A DNA stretch of 64,000 nt from Flavobacteriales bacterium (GTDB lineage: Bacteria > Bacteroidota > Bacteroidia > Flavobacteriales_F > PHOS-HE28), in the NCBI GenBank assembly GCA_016787995.1, contig JAEUTB010000117.1, forward strand, positions 5,031-69,030. Direction: 5' to 3'. This document shows, piece by piece, positions 47,740 to 56,712 of the stretch (its first letter is position 1; every line of letters starts with the position of its first letter). The notes beneath the pieces were generated by a model. It searched no databases. It was not told where the DNA came from and saw nothing but the letters and a program-made list of their open reading frames with translations. The position numbers were made by a program, and so were the translations under genes.

Positions 47740-47771
47740 ACCACCATACCAAGCTCTCACATCGCCCACGC

Positions 47772-50375
47772 ATGCGTCAAGTTCCTTTCCTTCGATACAT
47801 CGGTTGGTCCTTCAGCGCCTTGCTGTCCAGCAGTGCGTTAGCACAAGTATCTTCCTACACCTTTTCCCAATCCGTCGGAAGTTGGCAACCCATTGCGGGT
47901 ACCGGTATCCCATTGGGTCTTGTCGGGCTTCCGCCCTGGCTTGCCCTTGACGATAACGCATTCGTCACCCAGGGTGTGGATATTCCCATGAGCGATGCGA
48001 CCACCGGTAATGGTTGGCCGATCGGTTTCGACTTCACCTTCGACGGTCAAGTGTTCGATCGCGTAGGGCTCAGTACCGAAGGGTGGTTGTCACTGGGTCA
48101 ATCCGTGCGCGGTGATAATTCGGTGTTCGTAGCCATCGGGCAAGATGCGTATACGCCACTCTCTTCCCCCTTGCCCACAGGAATGGACCCTGTTCTGCGC
48201 TACCGGATCATCGGATTCGCCAATGACATGGCTCCTGGGGGTGGCCTCAGTTCCTGGCCGATCCAGATCAAGACCTCCGGGACCGCACCGAACAGGATCT
48301 TCATCGCGGAGTTCAATTGTCAGCGGTCGGGCGGAGCAGGTACGTATGCCTACCAGATACGCCTCCACGAGGGTGGGGGATCACCATCAGCACAGATCGT
48401 ACAGGTGGTGTTCGGTACCATGACCCCTTCGGGAACCGTGGTGGGTCAGGTGGGCTTGGGTGGCGCTGCACCATCCGACTTCAACAACAGGGCGGTCACG
48501 GTTTCTCCCTTCGATTGGACGGAAAGCGATGCCGGATCGAGCAACGATGCCACTTGCCGGGTTCCAGCAGCATCGACGAACCTGCCTCTCGGGCTCACCT
48601 TCACCTGGACACCACCTGCGTGTTCCGTCTATGATATCGTTGTTCAGGACTTCGACTTCGTGGATGGAGGCCTGAATGCGACCCTGTCATGGTCACCGAA
48701 CCCTGATGCGTCCGCTTACGATTATGTCATCACGGCCGGTGGTCCTGACGATACACCGATCGTATCAGGGACCGGTCTGACCACCACTGCCGTGGATCTC
48801 ATCGATCTTCCCACCGGAACGCTGTATGCCTACGTGAGGGCCAACTGCACCGGGCAGACCCCGGCATGGAGTGCGCCACATGCCTTCGATACCGGCGTGT
48901 ACACGGATGTGGTCTGCGGCACATCACCGATCGAGCAGGCATATTGTTATGCGAATTTCGAGGAGCGCACATGGACGTATCTCAGTTCGACGGGTGATCC
49001 ACTACGCCTCATCTTCAATGCTGGGATCATGAGCTCGGGCGATGTGCTGACGGTCCATGATGGTCCGGACGCGAGCGCGCCATTGTTGTTCTCCAGCGCG
49101 GTGACCCCTGCGCTGCCGGCTCAGGTCGTCAATTCCAGTGGCGGTGTTATGACCATGCGCATCATCGCGGATGGGACCGGCAGTTGTGACGATCTTGAGT
49201 TCGTCGAGCCCGTGGAGTGGGAGGTGGGCTGTTTGGATTGTGATCCTGTATTGGCCGGTTTCTCCGTCGTTACGGATTGTGAGGAGGAGGAATTCACCGT
49301 GAATGTCACCCTGTTCAGCTTGGGTTCGGCGACATCGGTCGTCATCACAGCGAATGCAAGCGCTACCCCCGTGACCGCCAATGCCCAAGGTCAGTACAGC
49401 ATAGGGCCATTCCCGATCGACTCACCGGTCATCGTCACGGCGGGTAATCCGGTGAATGCGTACTGCAGTTCGGTCTCGGAGGCATTGACGAATACGCCAT
49501 GCCCCGTCGTGAGCTGTGGTCCGGATGAATACACCTATTGTTATCAGGAAGGTGACGTCGGACAATGGGTGTATCGCGCCACCTCCGCAGGACAGCGAAT
49601 AGGCGTTCGGTTCATCAGTGGTACGTTGGCAGGGACCGATGCGATGCGGGTCTATGATGGCGACGATATCTTCTCATCGCTCGTCCTGCATGAGTCGACA
49701 GGTGGTGATCTGTCCGGCCTATTGGTCGTTTCCTCCGAAATGAGCAATACCATTCTGATCGAAGCAGCGGATGCATCGCCCGGAAGTTGTGGTGGAGGAC
49801 AGGCTTCTCCTTGGAACTACATCGTCTCGTGCTATGATGGTTGCGAAGCACCACAAGCCACCTTCGCAGTAGTGGATGATTGCGACGGGGGGACGTTCGT
49901 GGTGGAAGTTGACCTGGCATCACTTGGCACGGCGGAAGAAGTCGTCATTCGCAACAATGCTGGTGCGCCAGACGTCACGGTCGTCGGCAGTGGTGTACAG
50001 GTGATCGGCCCATTCGAAGTCGGTACGTCCGTCATATTGGAAGTGGAGGGTTCGAGTGAGTTGTGTTCGATCACTTCACCAGAGTTCATCACCGGCTGCC
50101 CGGTGGGTATGTCTGAACTTACACAGGAAGGACTTTGGATATACCCGGATCCCGGGGTCGGGCCGTTCAATGTGATGCTACCTCGTGGTTTTGGGGGAAG
50201 CATCGAGTTGAGCGTGCACGATCTGTCAGGGCGACGGGTCATGCTGGAACAGCTGACGGGCCAAAGCGGACAGGTCATCCGCTTGGACTTGGAAACCGTT
50301 CCGGCGGGCAGTTACGTGGTGATCATGCGGGATGCGGAAAGCGTCGTATCCGGTACGCTGCGCGTATCGCGCTGA
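47772..50375 (+). CDS. T9SS type-A cargo, paralog 3 (more divergent, same architecture)
   Basis: AQVSSYTFSQSVGSWQPIAG...GWPIGFDFTFDGQVFDRVGLSTEGWLSLG...APNRIFIAEFN...YAYQIRLHEGGG. Fn3-like TLYAYVRANCTGQTPAWSAPHAFDT. VLTVHDGPDASAPLLF. C-terminal LWIYPDPGVGPFNVMLP...GSYVVIMRDA...LRVSR. Confidence 0.85.
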   Translation: MRQVPFLRYIGWSFSALLSSSALAQVSSYTFSQSVGSWQPIAGTGIPLGLVGLPPWLALDDNAFVTQGVDIPMSDATTGNGWPIGFDFTFDGQVFDRVGLSTEGWLSLGQSVRGDNSVFVAIGQDAYTPLSSPLPTGMDPVLRYRIIGFANDMAPGGGLSSWPIQIKTSGTAPNRIFIAEFNCQRSGGAGTYAYQIRLHEGGGSPSAQIVQVVFGTMTPSGTVVGQVGLGGAAPSDFNNRAVTVSPFDWTESDAGSSNDATCRVPAASTNLPLGLTFTWTPPACSVYDIVVQDFDFVDGGLNATLSWSPNPDASAYDYVITAGGPDDTPIVSGTGLTTTAVDLIDLPTGTLYAYVRANCTGQTPAWSAPHAFDTGVYTDVVCGTSPIEQAYCYANFEERTWTYLSSTGDPLRLIFNAGIMSSGDVLTVHDGPDASAPLLFSSAVTPALPAQVVNSSGGVMTMRIIADGTGSCDDLEFVEPVEWEVGCLDCDPVLAGFSVVTDCEEEEFTVNVTLFSLGSATSVVITANASATPVTANAQGQYSIGPFPIDSPVIVTAGNPVNAYCSSVSEALTNTPCPVVSCGPDEYTYCYQEGDVGQWVYRATSAGQRIGVRFISGTLAGTDAMRVYDGDDIFSSLVLHESTGGDLSGLLVVSSEMSNTILIEAADASPGSCGGGQASPWNYIVSCYDGCEAPQATFAVVDDCDGGTFVVEVDLASLGTAEEVVIRNNAGAPDVTVVGSGVQVIGPFEVGTSVILEVEGSSELCSITSPEFITGCPVGMSELTQEGLWIYPDPGVGPFNVMLPRGFGGSIELSVHDLSGRRVMLEQLTGQSGQVIRLDLETVPAGSYVVIMRDAESVVSGTLRVSR

Positions 50376-50406
50376 TCGATCCTCCTCTCGCTGCCTTTCT
50401 CTCGGG

Positions 50407-50431
50407 GAAGCCGCCTATCTCTGGCGGCTTC
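50407..50431 (+). terminator. rho-independent terminator in the convergent gap after the paralog array
   Basis: GAAGCCGCC-tatctct-GGCGGCTTC followed by TTCGTTC, 32 nt after the stop at 50375. Confidence 0.65.
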
Positions 50432-50637
50432 TTCGTTCAACGTGGGCTTGTACTGGGCGCTCAACGATCCAGGGGTGCGCTGATGACTCCCGACACTGAA
50501 TGAACCCGGCATCCGAGCTTCGTTGAGTAGAGATCCTCGTGACTAGTGCCTACTCGTAAGCACCAGAAGTCCCATCAGTACTCGCGAACACCAGTGCGAC
50601 ACGAACGAGGTTCGGTGTGGATCGGACTTGGACCTCG

Positions 50638-53600
50638 TCAGCCCTTTATGAACCGAGCGGAGATCACATCACCTTTCACATCGGCCGATCGGATGACGTA
50701 GCTGCCACGTGCAAGGTCCGAAACATCCAAGGTGATCCGTCCAGCATCCAGGGCCTCGCCCATGATGTGATCAAGGACCACCCGACCTGTGGCATCGACC
50801 ACGGTCACGTGAACCACACTCGGCTGCGAGGGTCCATAGCTGAGATGGATCTCCGCGGTCGCTGGATTCGGGAATACGACCATCCGATCGGAGGCGGCGA
50901 ATACGACCACCTTCGCGTCGCTGTATTCCACAGCGTTGTCCTGGTCCACCATCTTCAAGCGATAGTAATTCGTGCCGATCAGCGGTGCCTCATCCTTGAA
51001 TCCGTAGTCCCTGCGGACCATCGATGTACCTGCCGCTGCGACATGGCCAATGGTCTTGAACGAGATGCCATCGGCACTCCGCTCCACCGCGAAGTGATCA
51101 CTGTGATGTTCCGTGGCCGTGGACCATCCGAGATCGGCATCCTCTCCGTTCCGCCAGGCATCGAATGCAAGTAGTTGAATGGGCAGGATGAGCTGCGTGC
51201 AGTCAAGAATGGTGTTGTCGGTGACGCCCGAGCTGTTCAACAAACTGGTCCACTGCAAGCTGAAACGGCGGAAGTTCTGACGCCTGATGATGGGTGGGTA
51301 GGGTGGTGTGGTGATGGGAATATCCATGTTCACCACATACAGGAGATAGACGTGGTCCTGCTGCACGGGCAATGGACTCAGCCATCCGAAACCACCGGTG
51401 CCTTCGCTCGTGCGGTTGGGTAGAAAGGGCAGGAGTCCGGTGCGTGCGGCCACACGGGCACTGGAGCAACGGATGGGAGCCGTCGTGGGTGAGCAGATCG
51501 AGGGCGTCACGTTCGGTAGAAGCCCCACGGGTTGGGCGCCCGCATCCCACACGGCGAAATCGATGTCCTCGGTCGGGGAGAGGATGCCTTGCAAGGCGAA
51601 ACTCACTTCGCCATCGGCTTGCGCGCGGAAGATGAACCAGCGACCGGCACGGTTCTCATTCTGCAAACAGCCACGGTTCTCCACCGTAAGGTCCGTTATG
51701 TAGCCTCGGTATCCACTATCGTAGTCGAGGAAGGTGGTATCGACGATGGCCGTTGGACCGCATATGGTGCGTGACCCCAGGCAATCCTCGCGCGCGGCGG
51801 CATAGGGAGCGCAGGAGTTCACCGTGTAAGTGAAGGCAGGTCCGGGACTCGGACCGGTCACCGCGCCACCTCCACGATAGACCCACGTGGGTATCTGTCC
51901 TAACTGTGCTCCATCATACGTGTACCACACACCACCGGTGAGCGCAGTGTTGTAATAAATGAAGGTGACCGTGAGACCGCTCGGCACTTCCACGAGTACG
52001 AATTCGTTCGGCTCACCCATGGTGGTCACATAGTCGGTGGTATCCGATCCGATGGCGACGCGCATGGTCTGCGACCCACCCGTGCCATCATAGGACATAC
52101 GAAGCAGGTAGAAGCAGTTTCCCGATGCCGGTTCGGGATCGGTGAGGCAGATGTAGAAGATCCCCGTCTGAGAACCGGAAGTCCCTTCGCCCCATACACG
52201 TATGTAGTAGGTGTTGCCGGGTACAAGGTCCGTGCGGATGATGTAGGCGCCAAGACCCGGTCCATGATCATCGTCGCAATCGACCAGGGTGAGCGGACCG
52301 TTGCAGTTGCCAGAGGCCGCAGTGTACAGCGCCGCTGCTGGATCGAAGACCGGAATGCTGGATGTGTTCCCGTTCACATGGATGCCCACAGTGCCACTTG
52401 CAGGTGCCACGAACCGATACCATACATCGCGACTGGTGGTGGATGAAAAAGTGCCGCAGCCGGGTAGAGGGACACCTGGGGCCGTGCAGGCAGTGTTGTC
52501 GTTGAAGGTGGCAAGACCGCTCGTGTAAGCAGGACAGGCTCCAAAGCCCAATAAGGTCGCTGTGCAAGGAAGGTTGTTCGCAATGGTGCCGGGAGTGCCT
52601 GCCGGGTTGGTCACTCGCAGCCGAAAGGCTCCGTAGCGCGAAGAACCAGCAGTGCTCTGGGATTCGATCGTGGGATACGCCCGGATGTATACCGTTGAAC
52701 CCGGCGTCAGGCAGCCGATCGTGGATAACGTGGCCTCCGACGTGCTCGTCAACGTCGTCGATACGCACGCGATCTCGCTGAATTGACTGTAGTCGGAACA
52801 GGACCCGGCGGCGGTGTACATGGTGAATCCCATCCTATTGATCCGGCGTGAAGCCGTTAGGCCTTGTGACGCGATGAGCCGGATGGAGCCTGATGCAGGC
52901 ACCGTGGCTCTGAACCACACATCACCACCGCGATACGAACCACAGCTCGGGTCGTACGGGAACGCCTCATTGCACGCGAAGGTGGTGTAGAACGTGGCCA
53001 AAGCCCCACCGACCGAGAGAATGGTCGCAGGGGTAGGTGTACTGTACACGTCACAAGGGGTATCGGCCACATCCTTCCGTGTCGTCAGATCACCCCAGTC
53101 TTGGCCCTGCACACAGATACTGAACGTTTTGGTGCTGGAGCTGACCCCTTCTTCCCAGATGCGGATGTAGATCCTGCTGCCAGCAGGAACGCAGGTGGCC
53201 TCAAGCGTGGGGTTGGTGATCGAGTTGGTCAGGTTCCCACCAATGGCACAGTCGATCAGCTCGAACGGGCCTGTGGCAGAAGTCGCGAGATACGCGGCCA
53301 TGCCACCATTGGTGAGTGGATTGGATGATCCATCCTTCAAGGTGATCCGGAAGCGAATGTCACCAGCGGAGGGAACATCGATGCGGTACCAAACATCGCC
53401 CGTAGCGCCCGCGGAGAATGAACCGCACAGTGCTGCAGGGACGATGCTGATCGGCGTGTTCGTGGAACCAGCGAGCGTACCACCCGTGGTCTCCGAGCCG
53501 GAGGTGCAGATGGCGATCTGGTCGGCCGCGTTCAGGGTGAACGGAAGAGTCGTCGTCGCATCCGAAGGATCATTGCTTTGATACTGTGCATGGACCAATG

Positions 53601-53640
53601 CATTGATCAGGTGGACCGCGATCAGCAGCGCCAAGCGCAT
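50638..53640 (-). CDS. ~1000-aa T9SS type-A cargo with four repeated beta-sandwich modules
   Basis: Start set at MRLALLIAVHLINALVHAQ (ATG 53640). Repeated signatures GDVWYRIDVPSAGDIRFRIT, GDVWFRATVPASGSIRLIAS, RDVWYRFVAPASGTVGIHVN and GRWFIFRAQADGEVSFALQG. Membrane-distal LLAFDAW...LGWSTATEHHSDHFAVERSADG...NYYRLKMVD module. C-terminal VVFPNPATAEIHL...GSYVIRSAD...ARFIKG. Confidence 0.8.
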   Translation of the reverse strand: MRLALLIAVHLINALVHAQYQSNDPSDATTTLPFTLNAADQIAICTSGSETTGGTLAGSTNTPISIVPAALCGSFSAGATGDVWYRIDVPSAGDIRFRITLKDGSSNPLTNGGMAAYLATSATGPFELIDCAIGGNLTNSITNPTLEATCVPAGSRIYIRIWEEGVSSSTKTFSICVQGQDWGDLTTRKDVADTPCDVYSTPTPATILSVGGALATFYTTFACNEAFPYDPSCGSYRGGDVWFRATVPASGSIRLIASQGLTASRRINRMGFTMYTAAGSCSDYSQFSEIACVSTTLTSTSEATLSTIGCLTPGSTVYIRAYPTIESQSTAGSSRYGAFRLRVTNPAGTPGTIANNLPCTATLLGFGACPAYTSGLATFNDNTACTAPGVPLPGCGTFSSTTSRDVWYRFVAPASGTVGIHVNGNTSSIPVFDPAAALYTAASGNCNGPLTLVDCDDDHGPGLGAYIIRTDLVPGNTYYIRVWGEGTSGSQTGIFYICLTDPEPASGNCFYLLRMSYDGTGGSQTMRVAIGSDTTDYVTTMGEPNEFVLVEVPSGLTVTFIYYNTALTGGVWYTYDGAQLGQIPTWVYRGGGAVTGPSPGPAFTYTVNSCAPYAAAREDCLGSRTICGPTAIVDTTFLDYDSGYRGYITDLTVENRGCLQNENRAGRWFIFRAQADGEVSFALQGILSPTEDIDFAVWDAGAQPVGLLPNVTPSICSPTTAPIRCSSARVAARTGLLPFLPNRTSEGTGGFGWLSPLPVQQDHVYLLYVVNMDIPITTPPYPPIIRRQNFRRFSLQWTSLLNSSGVTDNTILDCTQLILPIQLLAFDAWRNGEDADLGWSTATEHHSDHFAVERSADGISFKTIGHVAAAGTSMVRRDYGFKDEAPLIGTNYYRLKMVDQDNAVEYSDAKVVVFAASDRMVVFPNPATAEIHLSYGPSQPSVVHVTVVDATGRVVLDHIMGEALDAGRITLDVSDLARGSYVIRSADVKGDVISARFIKG

Positions 53641-53763
53641 TGCGCGTTGCCGAAGGTTTCCCGAACGGAGGTTGTGGTCCGGACCGGAGAACGGAATGTC
53701 CGGTGGATGCGCTGATCGGTGGAGCTGGGGCGAGTCATCAACCCTAGCCGGACCCGAAGATCG

Positions 53764-53826
53764 TGAGAGGAACATGAGCGTGAGAGGGTGAGAGAAAGAG
53801 AGAACGAGAGAGACGATGGCTGAGAG
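53764..53826 (-). promoter_or_regulatory. CT-rich leader element with four CTCTCA boxes, ~125-185 nt upstream of the 53640 start
   Basis: Minus strand reads GTCTCTCAGCCATCGTCTCTCTCGTTCTCTCTTTCTCTCACCCTCTCACGCTCATGTTCCTCTCACG. On the + strand TGAGAG occurs at 53764, 53781, 53789 and 53821. A TAATATTG promoter-like box lies just upstream on the minus strand. Confidence 0.5.
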
Positions 53827-54244
53827 ACCACCGGTTCACAATATTACCACAGAAAGCAGCTTTTCCGCCTGTAGGGGAGAGACTGGATCCGCTGCTGGCC
53901 TTTGAAAGCCAAGGGATCTTCGGTTCAGACGGGTCCAGAGCGCCAACAGCTGTAGCCTCCGGGCTACTTCGGTATCTGGTGCCGATGGCTTTCAACGCTC
54001 GTGAGGTTCAACGTGACAGTGCTCCATAGACGTTCCATTTCAGGAATGTTGCCTGTTCCTGGAGGTCTTCTGGTGCTTGGTCGACCCTTATTTCATCCCA
54101 CATACCAGCATAGCTTCTCTGCGGCAGGATCGCCACCGCACCATGTAGCGCTCCTGGTAGGTATTCAGGACCAGGAACAGTGGATCCTGTAGTATGGATC
54201 CTTTCAGATGGATCCACACTCCACTATCAGCGTCAAGAGCGGAT

Positions 54245-56674
54245 CTACTCCTTCACGAAGCGGATACGTGTTCGGGCAGATGTTTTGTCCAAGATCTCCA
54301 CAAGGTAGGCGCCACTGGTAAGGGGCGAGATGTCGATGGTGCCGTCATTGGGTCGTTGGCCCGTCAAGAGTGTCCGACCGCCCATGTCCACGATGCGCCA
54401 ACTGTTCCAATCGCCTTGAGCCGTGATGCGTATCCGGTCGTTCGCCGGATTCGGGGACAAACCGATCGTTCCCATATCCAACTCTTCCAAACCAACGCCC
54501 AGGAGGAGTTCGACCTCAACGGTCGCGGAGCAGCCGTTCGCGTCGGTGATCACTACGTTGTAGACACCTGCGGACAAACCGTTCAGGGACGTTCCGGTCA
54601 CCGCCTCACCATTCACCGTTTGCTCGTAGGGTGGTACTCCGCCAAGGATGGTCCAGGTAAGGGCGCCATCCGACCCGTTCACAGCATGCTCCGGGAATAC
54701 CACCGCGAATACCGGATCAGGGTCCGGCACCACCACCGATCCCGTGGTCGAGCACCCGTTGATGTCGGTGAACACGAAGTCGAGTTCACCAGCCGCTACT
54801 TCCGAAAGTGTGACCCCTTGGGCGCCGGTGCTCCACGTTACCAGTTGAGCGGACGTCCCGGCAAGGTTCACCAGTTCGATCATACCGGTCGCCTCACCGG
54901 AACACAAAGGACCCACCACGTTCGCGACGACCTCCGGTATGGCTCCGATGATCACTTCCACCGTGTCGGTATTCGCGGTGATACCGAACGCGTTCGTTAC
55001 CGTGGCGTGTATGGGGCCACTGGAAACAACAATGGTCTCCGCTGTGTTGTCGCCGGTGCTCCAGAGGTGAGTTCCAGCCTCGTTCACAGCTAATGGGACC
55101 GTTGCTGGACTGCAAGCCACCAGGCCTGTTGGTGCCACTATGCGCGGATCGAACGTTTCCCCTTCGGTGAAGTTGTAAATGGTGTCCACGGGTAGGTCGA
55201 AGTACCGGTCGATATGCCCACTCAAGTACTCCACTACGACCGAATCGATGATCGTGGCCTCCCCGAGACCGAAGTGTACATGGTGTGAATTCTGGCCGAG
55301 GTAGTTCTCTCCGCATACCGTGTAGTGACTGTAGTGCTTTCCTCCGGCGTGCACGTGTATCCAGGTCCCGATGCCCTGCCGGTTGGAGACGGTGCCCTCC
55401 ACGCCGATACGGACATGGCTCGCCGCTCCACCGTCGTTCACCCAGAGTTGTGGTGCGAATGGCTCCTGCCCGTGCACCACCAGATCCGCATAGCCATCAC
55501 CGTTGAGGTCCCCACGCGCCACGCTGTGCGTATGCCGTACGAGATCACCGTCGAACAGATCGGGCGCAGCAACGAAGCCGTTCCCACCCTGATTCTTGAA
55601 GAATAGATCCGGCTTCGCGGGGATCACGGGTACCACGTGTTCATGCGTTCCCATGTACAGATCCTGGTAACCATCATTGTCGTGGTCGATCCAGAGGCCG
55701 CCCCAGCCCCACTCGAACACGTCGAGCCCGAATGCGTTGGAAGACTCAGTGTAGTTCCCAGCGCCGTCGTTCACCATCAACATCTGCCTCGCGTTATTGA
55801 CCTGTGGGTAGATGCCTGTGTTGGTCATGAAGATGTCCTGGTCGCCATCCACATCGAAATCGCTCATGGAGATGCTCATGCAATGCTCCGGTCCTTCGAA
55901 AAGGCCGCGTTCCACGCTGATGTCGGTGAACGTGCCGTCATGGTTGTTCCGGAAGAGCGCATTGCCCGGCATGAAGTCGTTGATCACGAAGATGTCCTGC
56001 CAACCGTCATCATCCACATCCAACCACATGGATTGGAAGGAGGCCTTCATGCCATTCCCGGTCCCCGATCCGATGGTGACATCGGTGAAGGTGCCATCAC
56101 CATCGTTGTGGTAGAGGTGATTGATCTTCGCGTATGTATAGGCTTCGGTCTCGTAGATGTAAGTGCATACGTACAGGTCCAAGAATCCATCACGATCGTA
56201 ATCGCCGAAGGAGGCACCCCAGTATTTCCCCACGCTTGGAACGAAACCAGCTATAGCGGTCACGTCGGTGAAGGTGCCGTCGCCATTGTTGTGGAACAGG
56301 TTCACACGCCCGAGGAAGGTGGTGACCAGGAAGTCAGCGTCTCCATCATTGTCCACATCGGCCCAAAGCACGGCCTTGGCACTTCCTGTCGTCAGTCCGA
56401 TGAGTTCCACGGGCTCGAGCGCACCACCATTGTTGCGATAGAACCGTAGTGTTCCGTTGCGGTTCCCGAAGGTGAGATCGTCATCCCCATCTCCATCGAA
56501 GTCGTAGAAGCTGACTCCCGTGCCGATATCGAAATACTGCGCTGCGGCGGGAACAAGGAGGTCCAGCCCGTTCTGCGCGCTGACATCCGTGTAGCCTTGG
56601 GCGCTAAGGTCCACTGAGACCAGACCTGCCGCCGTGAGCAGTAGGGTGGACCGCAGGATCGGTGAGTTGATCAT
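54245..56674 (-). CDS. CRTAC1/ASPIC-UnbV-family FG-GAP (VCBS) repeat protein with SprB-type repeats and a T9SS type-A sorting domain
   Basis: FG-GAP Ca-binding loops (FYDFDGDGDDDLTFGN, WADVDNDGDADFLV, FGDYDRDGFLDLYV, WLDVDDDGWQDIFV, DFDVDGDQDIFM, DHDNDGYQDLYM, GDLNGDGYADLVV). UnbV_ASPIC block (NRQGIGTWIHVHAGGKHYSHYTVCGENYLGQNSHHVHFGLG). SprB-like units (GPLCSGEATGMIEL..., ITDANGCSATVEV). C-terminal GLSPNPANDRIRI...GAYLVEILD...IRFVKE. Confidence 0.88.
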   Translation of the reverse strand: MINSPILRSTLLLTAAGLVSVDLSAQGYTDVSAQNGLDLLVPAAAQYFDIGTGVSFYDFDGDGDDDLTFGNRNGTLRFYRNNGGALEPVELIGLTTGSAKAVLWADVDNDGDADFLVTTFLGRVNLFHNNGDGTFTDVTAIAGFVPSVGKYWGASFGDYDRDGFLDLYVCTYIYETEAYTYAKINHLYHNDGDGTFTDVTIGSGTGNGMKASFQSMWLDVDDDGWQDIFVINDFMPGNALFRNNHDGTFTDISVERGLFEGPEHCMSISMSDFDVDGDQDIFMTNTGIYPQVNNARQMLMVNDGAGNYTESSNAFGLDVFEWGWGGLWIDHDNDGYQDLYMGTHEHVVPVIPAKPDLFFKNQGGNGFVAAPDLFDGDLVRHTHSVARGDLNGDGYADLVVHGQEPFAPQLWVNDGGAASHVRIGVEGTVSNRQGIGTWIHVHAGGKHYSHYTVCGENYLGQNSHHVHFGLGEATIIDSVVVEYLSGHIDRYFDLPVDTIYNFTEGETFDPRIVAPTGLVACSPATVPLAVNEAGTHLWSTGDNTAETIVVSSGPIHATVTNAFGITANTDTVEVIIGAIPEVVANVVGPLCSGEATGMIELVNLAGTSAQLVTWSTGAQGVTLSEVAAGELDFVFTDINGCSTTGSVVVPDPDPVFAVVFPEHAVNGSDGALTWTILGGVPPYEQTVNGEAVTGTSLNGLSAGVYNVVITDANGCSATVEVELLLGVGLEELDMGTIGLSPNPANDRIRITAQGDWNSWRIVDMGGRTLLTGQRPNDGTIDISPLTSGAYLVEILDKTSARTRIRFVKE

Positions 56675-56712
56675 GTCGTAGGCGTGTTGATCGTTAGGAT
56701 GATCGTCGAGTA

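Noticed and set aside
53641-53775. N-terminal extensions in the track ORFs (50638..53775, 8317..9348, 12367..13815, 44941..47706, 56713..60645)
   Set aside because: In each case an internal ATG yields a canonical signal peptide or the conserved family N-terminus. The upstream codons overlap a neighbouring gene or look non-coding, so the shorter models were used.
54008-54217. 69-aa minus-strand ORF in the 604-nt spacer between the 53640 and 54245 genes
   Set aside because: It is short, lacks any recognisable motif and overlaps the TGGATCC repeat array, so it was treated as non-coding spacer.
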